IMG/VR virus record: IMGVR_UViG_3300002301_000027
Coordinates: 1-46,008 of that record
Source: a virus
Lineage: Duplodnaviria > Caudoviricetes
Length of the DNA: 46,008 nucleotides
Reading direction: 5' to 3' (one strand)
Shown here: in pieces, positions 1 through 9,166 of the stretch
Numbering within the stretch: the stretch's first letter is position 1
How the letters are laid out: the number at the start of each line of letters is the position of its first letter
Program-made: the position numbers and the translations under genes
The notes under the pieces: generated by a model
Seen by the model: the letters and a program-made list of their open reading frames with translations, nothing else
What the model was told of the DNA's origin: nothing
Database searches by the model: none

Positions 1-26
1 GGGGGGGGGGGGGGGGGGTAAATCGC
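1..26. repeat. Terminal overlap: poly-G followed by (T)AAATCGC, repeated at the window end (45988-46008)
   Basis: The start reads G18-TAAATCGC and the end reads G14-AAATCGC, consistent with a circular assembly broken at a homopolymer. Confidence 0.8.
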
Positions 27-305
27 AGGGGTGGCCTGACACGTAAACTATCTCTCTCATGGATTTTATAAAAAATTTAGAATTCCTCTTTGCCATTTCA
101 AGCCCCGTACAGCGTGTAGACACATCGAGAGCTACCTCCATAGCCCCCGGATACCTCGACAGCCTGTAAGGTACCTTAAAATCGATTCTAGAGGCTATTG
201 ACAACAAGGGCTCACGTTGTTCGCCCCTAACCAGCTCCCGCTGAGCCCCCGGACACCTAGAGGACAACCAATTCCTATCCACTTCCTCCCGTCCTCATTT
301 TCCTC

Positions 306-334
306 TTGACAAATAGGAAAAACTGTGCTACCCT
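306..334 (+). promoter_or_regulatory. Putative sigma70 promoter
   Basis: TTGACA-17 nt-TACCCT with a TG extended -10, upstream of an AT-rich palindromic tract. Confidence 0.5.
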
Positions 335-353
335 ATTATATCTTAATATACTA

Positions 354-461
354 TAAGAGATAGTAAGAGATCTCTTAGTAACAATTAACTGTTAACTGTT
401 AACTGTAGTATCTTACTATCTCTTACTACCTCTTAAAGACTATCTAGATATATCATGATAT
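354..461. repeat. AT-rich inverted/tandem repeat cluster (origin or packaging signal candidate)
   Basis: 15-bp perfect inverted repeat at 354-368/411-425; TTAACTG x3 at 385-405; palindromes TAAGAGATCTCTTA (364-377), TATCTAGATA (441-450) and ATATCATGATAT (450-461). Confidence 0.75.
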
Positions 462-537
462 CATCATGGGAGGTAAAAAACATTCCAATAAAAACAACTA
501 CCTAGCCTTTCTCTTGTCCTCCTCCTTACGATTTTTC

Positions 538-580
538 TTGACAACATCGACCTTTCATGGTATAATATGGTATAGGTTGG
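538..580 (+). promoter_or_regulatory. Consensus sigma70 promoter for the packaging/structural arm (class A)
   Basis: TTGACA(538-543)-17-TATAAT(561-566), followed by ATGGTATAGGTTGG. A near-identical downstream tail occurs at 28585-28604 on the - strand. Confidence 0.9.
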
Positions 581-592
581 AGGAAATGACAT

Positions 593-1108
593 ATGGCTTA
601 TCTACGCAAGGGAGCTCCCATCCCATTGAAAGGGAAAGGTTCGAAGCTCTCTGCCCGTCAAAGTCTCTTCATAGACGAGTACTTCGTCGACTTGAACGCC
701 TCTGCCGCCGTCATTCGGGCAGGTTACAAAAACGCCAATCCCAATAGACTGGCTACAGACCTTCTTCGACATCCTCTCATTGTCCTCGAAATCGAGAAGA
801 GGCAGACGGAACGAAGAGATCGGCTAGAACTCTCCGCAGACTACGTCATCCACAAACTCATCGACATCGTCGAGAGGACGGACAAGGCCAACCCTTCTGC
901 CGCCCTTCGTGGTCTAGAACTCCTCGGAAAGACACTCGGCCTTTACCGTGACAAACAAGAACTCTCTGGTCCAGACGGAACCGCAATCCAATATGAACAA
1001 CGAATCAGAGAAGACACTGCAGCTCTCGAAAGCGCAATATCTCGCCTCGCTGAGCCCAGAGGAGAGAGCAACGTGGTTAGCCTCCCTAACCGATCAGCAA
1101 AAGGCTGA
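593..1108 (+). CDS. terS: Terminase small subunit
   Basis: Motifs FIDEYFVDLNASAAVIRAGY and ALRGLELLGKTLG; GGAGG RBS; lies directly upstream of TerL. Confidence 0.9.
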   Translation: MAYLRKGAPIPLKGKGSKLSARQSLFIDEYFVDLNASAAVIRAGYKNANPNRLATDLLRHPLIVLEIEKRQTERRDRLELSADYVIHKLIDIVERTDKANPSAALRGLELLGKTLGLYRDKQELSGPDGTAIQYEQRIREDTAALESAISRLAEPRGESNVVSLPNRSAKG

Positions 1109-2435
1109 CCTCCGTTGGCTCTGGTCCTTCTGGGCTCGTCCTAATCAACTCGAGCCGGAAGGCTCATGGAATACTTGGCTGATCCTAGCGGGTCGTGGAT
1201 TTGGAAAGACAAGAATTGGCTCGGAGACGATCAGGAAATGGGTCACGGGGGATACCCCACTCTCGGGAGGACGGTATTCAAGAATTGCTCTCGTTGCAGA
1301 AACAGCGGCTGACGCCAGAGACGTTATGGTCCTTGGTGAGTCAGGCATCCTCGCCTGTCACCCCCGAGACTTCCGTCCCGAGTGGTCACCGACCAACAGA
1401 CGACTGACTTGGCCTAACGGGGCAATGGCGTGGGTCTATAACGGTACGGAACCTGATCAGCTTCGTGGCCCACAGCATGACGCCGCCTGGGTAGACGAGC
1501 TCGCAAAATTCCAGTACATACAAGAGACATGGGACCAACTCCAGTTCGGCCTTCGTCTCGGTACTCACCCCAAGGCCATTGTCACCACGACGCCTCAGCC
1601 TAAACCCACAATTAAAAAACTACTCCTCGACGAAGACACATTCGTCACGAGAGGCAGCACTTTCGATAACGCAGGGAACCTCGCAAAGCCCTTCCTGAAA
1701 CAGATTCAAGAGCGGTATGGCGGTACCAGACTCGGTCGACAAGAACTTGAAGGTGAGATCCTCGATGACATTCCGGGCGCTCTCTGGACACGTTCGTCAA
1801 TTGATGAGGCACGCCTTCGCGAAGCACCAGCCGACCTTCAAAGAGTGGTCGTCGCAGTCGACCCTTCGACGTCTAGCAATGAAGGCTCAGACGAAACAGG
1901 GATTGTCGTCGTCGGATTTAGCAGAGATCCGGACGGCTATGGCCGTGGCTACATCCTTGAAGACGCCTCCCTCCGTGGGACGCCTGAGGAGTGGGCTAGG
2001 CAGGCTGTCACGATGTATCGTAAATGGTCTGCAGATCGTATCGTCGCCGAGAAGAATCAAGGCGGTGAGATGGTCTCTTCTGTCATTCGTAGTGTCGATC
2101 GGTCTGTCCCTATTACTCTTGTCCACGCATCTCGTGGCAAAGTGATCCGGGCGGAGCCTATCTCAGCCTTGTACGAACAACGTCGTATCCATCACGTCGG
2201 ACGCTTCGACAAGCTCGAAGACCAGATGTGTACCTTCTCCGTAGATAATATCCGTAGCAACGGCTTTGGTTCTCCAGATCGTGTCGACGCCCTCGTATGG
2301 GGTTTGACTGACATCTTCGACAAAATCACGGCCCGTCGCAGACTCCCTTCCGAGAATAGTACTCCTGAGAATACGTCTTCACACCAGAAGTTCGTGGCTA
2401 CTCAGGCTGATATTCCTAACGTATGGATGGCTTGA
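948..2435 (+). CDS. terL: Terminase large subunit (true start may be 993)
   Basis: Walker A AGRGFGKT, Walker B AWVDE, nuclease motifs VAVDPS and SPDRVDALVW. Confidence 0.95.
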   Translation: MTNKNSLVQTEPQSNMNNESEKTLQLSKAQYLASLSPEERATWLASLTDQQKADLRWLWSFWARPNQLEPEGSWNTWLILAGRGFGKTRIGSETIRKWVTGDTPLSGGRYSRIALVAETAADARDVMVLGESGILACHPRDFRPEWSPTNRRLTWPNGAMAWVYNGTEPDQLRGPQHDAAWVDELAKFQYIQETWDQLQFGLRLGTHPKAIVTTTPQPKPTIKKLLLDEDTFVTRGSTFDNAGNLAKPFLKQIQERYGGTRLGRQELEGEILDDIPGALWTRSSIDEARLREAPADLQRVVVAVDPSTSSNEGSDETGIVVVGFSRDPDGYGRGYILEDASLRGTPEEWARQAVTMYRKWSADRIVAEKNQGGEMVSSVIRSVDRSVPITLVHASRGKVIRAEPISALYEQRRIHHVGRFDKLEDQMCTFSVDNIRSNGFGSPDRVDALVWGLTDIFDKITARRRLPSENSTPENTSSHQKFVATQADIPNVWMA

Positions 2436-4732
2436 TGGCCTTTGAATATGACGAGACTCCGTACGAAGACGTAGACTTCAAGCGGAAGAAGGCTAAGACA
2501 GCCACGGGTGAAAAACCCCAAATGAATAGTAAGAAGCTCGGAGCTTCTCGTCCCGTAGACTTCCAGACGACTGATGATTTCGTAGACGACGTCGATCCAG
2601 ATTACGTACCCGAGGGGTTCAAGTCTGTATCTTCCTTCTTGTCCGACATGAGAGAAGAATATCAGTTCGACTGGGACTACGACTACGAGAACCGTGAAGA
2701 CGCAATCGAGGATAAGAAGTTTGCCGCAGGTGAACAGTGGGACCCCGCAGTCCTCCAGCTTCGAACCGGCCTTCCTTGCCTCACAATTAACTCAATTCCC
2801 CAGTTCACAGCTCAGGTTGTCGGAGACTGGCGACAGAATCGCAATGCCGTAGAGGTCGTACCTAACGACGACGGTACCGAGGACATCGCACAGATCCGAG
2901 GCGACTTGATCCGGTCGATCGAGATGCATTCACGTGCGTCTCGGGTCTATGACAGCGCCTTCGAGAGTACTGTACAGTGTGGTGACGGTGCCTACCGTAT
3001 CGCAGTAGAGTACGCCAAGGACTCTGTCTTTGACCAAGACATCTTCATCCGGCCCATCGAGGACGCTCAGGCAGTCGTCTGGGACCGGATGTCGATTGAT
3101 CCCACTGGTCGTGACGCCCGCCACGTCTTCGTCGAAGACCGCCTTCCTCGGAAGGAATTCGAACGGAAATGGCCTGACCAAGACCCTTGGCATTTGAACG
3201 AACGCTTCTCGGCAATGCTTCGTGCAGGTCGTTGGTTCGATGACCAGTCGGTCAAGATCGTAGAATACTGGCGTATCATCGAAAGGAACCATCTCCTTGG
3301 TCTTTTCGAGGACGGATCAGTCCATGTCCTCACTGATAAGACAATGGACGATGTCCTACAGAAGCACGGAAGCCCTATTAAGACTAGGATCTCCCCCTGT
3401 CTTTACGCCCAGATGCACGTCTGTACGGGTAATGCCATCCTTTCGGGTCCTTACGAGTACAAACTGAACCGCGTCCCCATCATCCGTATCTCTGGTAGGA
3501 TAGTCTCTATCCAGAACCGGCGCATCCGGTATGGTATGGTCCGGTTCATGAAGGACCCGGCAAGACTCAGGAACTTCTGGCGTAGTATCGCGGCTGAACA
3601 GCTCGGATATGCCCCGAAAGCCCAGTGGATTGCGACAGAATCGGCAGTCACGGGTCGTGAAGACATGATCCGGAAGGCTCACCTGACCCGTGATCCCCTG
3701 ATGATTGTCAACGACGAGGCCCAGCTCGACATCAATATCAAGCGGTTGGAACCTCCGACGCAGCAGATGGCTCTTCTGAACGAGTCTGCCCTTCTTGTCC
3801 AAGACATGAAGGACGTCACAGGTATTCAAGACGCCTCACTCGGTGTTCCGAGTAACGAGACAAGTGGTCGGGCAATCATTGCTCGTCAGCGCGAGGGTGA
3901 CACCGCCCAGTTGACCTTCCACGACAACGGTAACGCCGCCATCCTCGAAGGTGGTGACGTCATGAATCAGTTGATTGGACAAATCTATGACGGGACTAGG
4001 ACAGTACGGCTTGTTGGAAAAGACGAATCACTCCGACTCGTCAAAATCAACGACCCAATGGACCCTGAGTCCCCCAACCTCGCCGTCGGCAGTTATGACA
4101 CAGCCCTACAGACTGGTCCGAGTTACACGACCCGTCGGGTAGAAGCAGCTCAGGCGATGATGGAGGCCGTCCAAGTATGGCCACAGCTCATCCAAGTCGC
4201 TGGTGACGTCATCGCAAAGGCTCAAGATTGGCCCGGAGCAGACATCCTTGCAGACCGCCTGATGAAGACTATTCCTCCACAGTATCTCTCCCCTGAAGAG
4301 CAGAAGAAGCTCCAAGCGGAAGGTGGTGGACAGGCGCAAGGTCCGTCTCCTGAACAGATCCAAGAAGTCCAGCAGCAGATGCAGAAGCTCCAGCAGGAGA
4401 ATCAGCAACTGACTCAGCGAAATCAGGTCCTAGAAGTCAAGTACGACGTCCACCAGAAGCAGTTAAAGATCGATGCATATCGCGCCGAGACAGAACGTGC
4501 CAAGGTAGAAGCCGAGACTGAACACAAACAGGAACAGCTACACATGGAGGGATTGACGCAAGTCGCACAACTCCATCAGGCAGATAATCAGCAGCAGTCG
4601 TCGCAAGACCACGCCCTGAATCTCCAAGACCTGACACAACTCTACCAAGAACGCCAGATGGTAAAGAAGGCGCTTCTTGATCGGCAGTCACAAAAGACTG
4701 ACGCAACCAGCCTCGTCCAACAGGGCGAGTAA
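2435..4732 (+). CDS. Portal protein, P22 gp1-like, with Gln-rich C-terminal coiled coil
   Basis: Follows TerL; motifs GEQW, PCLTIN, SNETSGRAIIARQ and GPSYTTRR; about 765 aa. Confidence 0.9.
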   Translation: MAFEYDETPYEDVDFKRKKAKTATGEKPQMNSKKLGASRPVDFQTTDDFVDDVDPDYVPEGFKSVSSFLSDMREEYQFDWDYDYENREDAIEDKKFAAGEQWDPAVLQLRTGLPCLTINSIPQFTAQVVGDWRQNRNAVEVVPNDDGTEDIAQIRGDLIRSIEMHSRASRVYDSAFESTVQCGDGAYRIAVEYAKDSVFDQDIFIRPIEDAQAVVWDRMSIDPTGRDARHVFVEDRLPRKEFERKWPDQDPWHLNERFSAMLRAGRWFDDQSVKIVEYWRIIERNHLLGLFEDGSVHVLTDKTMDDVLQKHGSPIKTRISPCLYAQMHVCTGNAILSGPYEYKLNRVPIIRISGRIVSIQNRRIRYGMVRFMKDPARLRNFWRSIAAEQLGYAPKAQWIATESAVTGREDMIRKAHLTRDPLMIVNDEAQLDINIKRLEPPTQQMALLNESALLVQDMKDVTGIQDASLGVPSNETSGRAIIARQREGDTAQLTFHDNGNAAILEGGDVMNQLIGQIYDGTRTVRLVGKDESLRLVKINDPMDPESPNLAVGSYDTALQTGPSYTTRRVEAAQAMMEAVQVWPQLIQVAGDVIAKAQDWPGADILADRLMKTIPPQYLSPEEQKKLQAEGGGQAQGPSPEQIQEVQQQMQKLQQENQQLTQRNQVLEVKYDVHQKQLKIDAYRAETERAKVEAETEHKQEQLHMEGLTQVAQLHQADNQQQSSQDHALNLQDLTQLYQERQMVKKALLDRQSQKTDATSLVQQGE

Positions 4733-4742
4733 TCTTTATTCG

Positions 4743-4804
4743 TATCCTCTGGGTCCGCCACCCCGGAGGGTAGTACGCAAATGTGGCATTCGGTTAAGGA
4801 ACCG
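4743..4804 (+). promoter_or_regulatory. Structured scaffold leader (hairpin/pseudoknot plus RBS-occluding hairpin)
   Basis: Stem 4743-4753/4762-4772; loop GCCAC complementary to GTGGC at 4783-4787; CGGTT-AAGG-AACCG covers the RBS. Confidence 0.5.
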
Positions 4805-4812
4805 CAATCAGT

Positions 4813-5796
4813 ATGACTGAACAAACCTTCGTCGCCCCAGACACAGACGACCTCGACGCCTTTAACTCCTTGATGTACGGCTCGGCCAAGCCCACACCAG
4901 CTGTTGAAGAACACGTCGAAGAAGTAGATGACGCGGACGATGCTCCTGACGACGCTGTCCTAGAAGACGTCGTTGACGAAATCGATGAACCCGAAGTAGA
5001 ACCTGAACCAGAGCCGGAACCGGCGAAGAAGAAGACTGCCAAGGAACGCATCAACGAACTGACCGCTGCAAGGAAAGAAGCAGAGCGTCTCGTAGAAGTA
5101 GAGAAAGCGGAAAAAGCCGCCCTCACTACTCGACTCGCCGAGCTCGAAGCCAAAGTAGCCGCTGTCCCAGCCCCTGTAATCCAAGCTCCGAAAGACGCGC
5201 CCTCTCCGACTGCCGTGAATGAAGACGGTACTCAGAAGTATCCTCTTGGTGAGTTTGATCCGAATTACATCGCCGACCTGACCCGACATACCATCGAAAC
5301 GGTATCGAAGGAACGTGAGGCGCAGGCGAAGGCAGCAGAAGCCCAGAAGACTCAGCAGGAATATAACCAAGCCCTCCAAGCGAATTGGCAGAGCAAGGTC
5401 TCCGAGACTGAGAAGACTCTCCCAGATTTCCGTACTAAGAGCCAAGAGCTCATTGGTACGTTTTCGACGCTTGCTCCCGACTATGGTGAGTTCCTAGCAT
5501 CGACTATCATGGGATTGGACACTGGTCCTGAAGTTCTATACCACCTCGCGAATAACCCTTCCGAGGCACGCGAAATCGTCAGCAAAGGTCCTCTCGGCGC
5601 AGCCATTGCTCTTGGGCGACTTGAGGCTCGCTTCACCAAGAGTCCCGAACCAAAACAACCACCCCGTGTCTCTACGGCCCCTAAACCCGCTCCTCAGGCC
5701 GCTCGCGGCGTAGCAGTTGGTGGTGACGTCCGACCAGACACAGACGACCTAGACGCGTTCTCGGCATCATTCTTTGCCACGCGTAGGCGTCAATAA
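4813..5796 (+). CDS. Scaffolding protein
   Basis: Lies between portal and coat; acidic N-terminus, coiled coil (KERINELT), GPEVLYHLA motif and Pro-rich C-terminus. Confidence 0.85.
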   Translation: MTEQTFVAPDTDDLDAFNSLMYGSAKPTPAVEEHVEEVDDADDAPDDAVLEDVVDEIDEPEVEPEPEPEPAKKKTAKERINELTAARKEAERLVEVEKAEKAALTTRLAELEAKVAAVPAPVIQAPKDAPSPTAVNEDGTQKYPLGEFDPNYIADLTRHTIETVSKEREAQAKAAEAQKTQQEYNQALQANWQSKVSETEKTLPDFRTKSQELIGTFSTLAPDYGEFLASTIMGLDTGPEVLYHLANNPSEAREIVSKGPLGAAIALGRLEARFTKSPEPKQPPRVSTAPKPAPQAARGVAVGGDVRPDTDDLDAFSASFFATRRRQ

Positions 5797-5810
5797 GGAA
5801 TCCTTAATCA

Positions 5811-7118
5811 ATGACCGTTTCAGTTACTGTCGATCAGGCAAAACTCGTCCTGAACGCATTCGCTGCCACCTTCCAGAACAACCTCGTATCGGCTGAAGTC
5901 GTTACGTGGAAGCAGTTCGATGGAGAGATGGATGACCGCAACAAGCTGACTGTTACCGAACAGGTTGGTCCTCGCTACACCGTGACGCAGACCGTCAATG
6001 GCGTCGCCGACCTTACCTCTGGCGTCCAGAACAGCGTCTTCGGCTCCGAGCAGTTCACTATCAATCGCACCTTCGGCGCCAGTATGGGTTGGGGCGACTT
6101 CGTCAAGATCCAAAGCATCGGCGCGGCCCGCGAAAGCGAAGCCTTGAAGAATGCCGCTACGAACCTTGCCGAACAGATCGACGCCTACATCATGAAGACC
6201 GCCGTCACTGCAAGTAATCAGTGGCTTGGTAATCCCGCCAACGGTATTAACACCTACGACGACTGGGCACAGGCTTATACCCGTCTGAAAGAAATGGGTT
6301 GTGGTGACGAAGACATCCGCGCCATCCTGACGTACAAAGACCGCGAGACTCTCGGCACGTACATCATGGGCCTGCGGTCTGACGATCTCGTCGACAGCGC
6401 CTTCCGTAAGGGCTTCGCGGGCGAACTCGACGGTACTCCCGTTATGTTCACTCAGCAGCTCCCGATCCTGACGACCGGCACTCGTAATGCCACGACTGGT
6501 GTCATCACTGCCAACAGCCAGAACGTCAACTACGCCGACGTCGCCGTCTCGACTGGTCCGGGTCTTTATAAGACGCAGACTCTTCAGATCACACTTGCAA
6601 ATAGTGTAACCGTCAAAGCCGGTGAAAACTTCACCATCTCCGGTGTCTACGGCTTCGACAACCGCGCTCAGGCGAATAACGACTGGTTGCAGGAATTCAC
6701 CGTCATCAATGACGCGACGGCAAACGCTTCGACGGGTGTTATCACCCTGACGATCTTCCCGGCGATCATCGTCCCCGGTACTGCCGATACGTCTGGTACG
6801 ACTTCGGTTAATACCGCCAACGGTACGGTGTCTCGTGCGCCTACGACTGCAGATACGATCACGTTTACTGGTGCTCCTAGTACTTCGTATCGTGCCCGTG
6901 CGTATATGCAGAAGTCGGCTATCGTGGTCAACACGGTCCCTCTGACGATGCCTGCCGTCGGTAAGGCCCTGAGCAAGAGCCTGACTAAGGTTCCTCTCTC
7001 GGTCCGTATGTGGCAATGGAGCAACTTCCAAACCGGCGAACACGACGTCCGGTTCGACGTAGCCCTGACTGCCAACATCCGTGCCCGTGACCGCATCCTT
7101 CGCGTCAACGGCCAGTAA
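5811..7118 (+). CDS. Major capsid protein, P22 gp5-like, with insertion domain
   Basis: 435 aa after the scaffold; motifs LAEQID, GENFTISGV and VRFDV; followed by a terminator. Confidence 0.88.
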   Translation: MTVSVTVDQAKLVLNAFAATFQNNLVSAEVVTWKQFDGEMDDRNKLTVTEQVGPRYTVTQTVNGVADLTSGVQNSVFGSEQFTINRTFGASMGWGDFVKIQSIGAARESEALKNAATNLAEQIDAYIMKTAVTASNQWLGNPANGINTYDDWAQAYTRLKEMGCGDEDIRAILTYKDRETLGTYIMGLRSDDLVDSAFRKGFAGELDGTPVMFTQQLPILTTGTRNATTGVITANSQNVNYADVAVSTGPGLYKTQTLQITLANSVTVKAGENFTISGVYGFDNRAQANNDWLQEFTVINDATANASTGVITLTIFPAIIVPGTADTSGTTSVNTANGTVSRAPTTADTITFTGAPSTSYRARAYMQKSAIVVNTVPLTMPAVGKALSKSLTKVPLSVRMWQWSNFQTGEHDVRFDVALTANIRARDRILRVNGQ

Positions 7119-7125
7119 TAACTTC

Positions 7126-7157
7126 GGGGGAGGCTCTTTTGGGTCTCCCCCTATTTT
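7126..7157 (+). terminator. Rho-independent terminator after the coat gene
   Basis: GGGGGAGGCTC-TTTT-GGGTCTCCCCC followed by TATTTT. Confidence 0.75.
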
Positions 7158-7168
7158 AAGGAAATAAC

Positions 7169-7450
7169 ATGGGCGGTCACGTCTCCGAAAGATATTCCCC
7201 AGTTCCTGTCGGCGCCAACGCCACAGTTACTTCCAGTTCTGGTAATGCCGTCGGAGGTTTCCTTTGTGTCACCGCCGGTAATATCACTCTCGCCAACCGA
7301 CTGGCTCTTCAGGGTGTTTCCCAAGCCCAGACGATCTTTACCAATCTTCCTGTAGTCGCAGGTGTCTATTACCCCTTTCCGTTTATCACGACTGGTGGTT
7401 ATACCTTTACAACTAGTTCCGGCGCCTCGGGTGTCCTAGGAGTAATCTAA
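7169..7450 (+). CDS. Small virion protein (possible decoration protein)
   Basis: AAGGA RBS; beta-rich 93 aa protein right after the coat gene. Confidence 0.7.
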   Translation: MGGHVSERYSPVPVGANATVTSSSGNAVGGFLCVTAGNITLANRLALQGVSQAQTIFTNLPVVAGVYYPFPFITTGGYTFTTSSGASGVLGVI

Positions 7451-7569
7451 TGATTAGTACTTGGCTTAATGACATCTACTTAATTATACAGAAAGTAGTT
7501 CCCGGCGGGGGCCAACTCGACTTCTCTGTAGCAAGCAATTCGGCACTCATTGCCGTCATAAGTTTCTAA
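7450..7569 (+). CDS. 39-aa peptide absent from the ORF track (MISTWLNDIY...GQLDFSVASNSALIAVISF)
   Basis: TAATG stop/start overlap, upstream GGAG RBS, and it fills the gap to 7579. Confidence 0.6.
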   Translation: MISTWLNDIYLIIQKVVPGGGQLDFSVASNSALIAVISF

Positions 7570-7578
7570 GGACATCGA

Positions 7579-8970
7579 ATGGCATTTCCTACTGTCACAG
7601 TAACCCCGGGTAGTGGGCAAACTGTCAACACCCTTCCTAACGCAGGACAGGCGACGAGTGCAAACAGCCTCGGCGTAGTCATCGCGTCTGACCAGTCCGC
7701 AGTCCCTGTCTCTGGTACGTTCTGGCAGACTACTCAACCTGTCTCTGGTACTGTCACAGCAAACGCTGGTACTGGTACATTCGCCATCTCGGCAGCATCC
7801 CTTCCACTCCCGACCGGTGCGTCTGTATCTGTCGCGCAGTCATCTACGACTTCGGGCCAGTCCGGCGGTCTTATTATGGGGGCGGTGACAACAGCGGCGC
7901 CGATTTATACGACCGCCCAGACCAATCCGCTTTCGCTGACGACGGCTGGCGGGTTGCGCGGCGATCTATCCAGCTATGCTGGCACGGCGTTGACCGGCAC
8001 CGTCACGGCCTATGGTACGGCGCCCACCGGCAATGTGTTCGGGGTCAACGCGGCTATCACCAATACGCCTGCCGTCACGATCAGCAGCGGCACTGTCACC
8101 ACCGTTTCGACCGTGACGAGTGTCACTAACGTCGCCCAGATCGCGAGCAATACACCGGCTTACGCAATCTCAAACGGATCGACAAATAAGCTCGCAGCGG
8201 TATCGGTCGGCACGGCCTATTCTATCGTAGATCAGAATGCGACGGCGTTTGCCGGGGCTGGATCAGTCGCGGGAACCGTCGTGGCATCGACACAAGGCGG
8301 CGGCGCGGTCATTTCTGCGGAAATCAACGTCACGGCCCTGACGCTCGGCACAGCCACTCAGGTTTATGCGATTCTACAGGAGTCATCTGGCGGTACAAAC
8401 TTTTCGGATATTTGGGTGTCTGATCCGATCACTGCGACCGGTATCACGCGCACACCGGCCATTCCTGTCACCGGGCGTCGGCGATGGAGGTTTTTCAGTG
8501 TTGGTGGGACCTCTACCACCGTAACTGCGACGATTACGACACTCGAATTGCCACCGGGCAGTTATCCGATCCAACGCCAAGGGCGTGATGGTTACGCCGC
8601 GACAAATCCTTTTGTAACGACGTATAACTCTACGGTCCTGTTCAATAGCACTTTCGTGCTTTCAACTGCCAGTACGGTGACAGCACCATTTTATATCGAG
8701 GGCACCAAGCAGCTTACCGCGTTCATGACGCTGGCCGGTGGTCCGACCGTCACGACACAGCCGGTGGTGACGCTACAATTGTCAATGGACGGAACCAACT
8801 TTTGGACCGTAGCAGGTGCGACGATGACCGCAGCAGGTAACGGCACATATGCCATCACTAACCAAAGCATCGGGGGCGTCAAGTTTGCACGTCTGATTGT
8901 CAGCACAGCGGCGGCCTATTCTTCAGGAGCCTACACGATCAGCAACATCGGCGTGAACGCGGTTAATTAA
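7579..8970 (+). CDS. Thr/Ala/Gly-rich fibre-like virion protein
   Basis: Motif SANSLGVVIASDQSAVPVSGT followed by beta-rich repeats; structural context. Confidence 0.7.
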   Translation: MAFPTVTVTPGSGQTVNTLPNAGQATSANSLGVVIASDQSAVPVSGTFWQTTQPVSGTVTANAGTGTFAISAASLPLPTGASVSVAQSSTTSGQSGGLIMGAVTTAAPIYTTAQTNPLSLTTAGGLRGDLSSYAGTALTGTVTAYGTAPTGNVFGVNAAITNTPAVTISSGTVTTVSTVTSVTNVAQIASNTPAYAISNGSTNKLAAVSVGTAYSIVDQNATAFAGAGSVAGTVVASTQGGGAVISAEINVTALTLGTATQVYAILQESSGGTNFSDIWVSDPITATGITRTPAIPVTGRRRWRFFSVGGTSTTVTATITTLELPPGSYPIQRQGRDGYAATNPFVTTYNSTVLFNSTFVLSTASTVTAPFYIEGTKQLTAFMTLAGGPTVTTQPVVTLQLSMDGTNFWTVAGATMTAAGNGTYAITNQSIGGVKFARLIVSTAAAYSSGAYTISNIGVNAVN

Positions 8971-8980
8971 GGACGAAGCC

Positions 8981-9157
8981 ATGAACTTCATCACAGATAT
9001 ATTTAACAACTTAAATCCCGCAGAACAGGCTGCGTTACAGCAGACACATGACACGCTGGCGCCTCAGTGGATCGCCACTACTGATCCTGTCGCTCAAAAT
9101 ACGATAGCCTTGCAGTTTACTGAGGCCTTGAATACGTTTCGTTCTACTGAAAGTTAA
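8981..9157 (+). CDS. 58-aa protein absent from the ORF track (MNFITDIFNN...), possibly a fibre chaperone
   Basis: AAGGA RBS and ATG at 8981, stop at 9155-9157; fills the gap between two genes. Confidence 0.65.
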   Translation: MNFITDIFNNLNPAEQAALQQTHDTLAPQWIATTDPVAQNTIALQFTEALNTFRSTES

Positions 9158-9166
9158 GGTAAAACT

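Noticed and set aside
466-747. 93-aa ORF spanning the promoter at 538 and terS
   Set aside because: Overlaps a consensus promoter and terS in another frame; no RBS.
5820-7043. 407-aa antisense ORF over the capsid gene
   Set aside because: Shadow ORF arising from codon bias on the coding strand; no RBS or recognisable motif.
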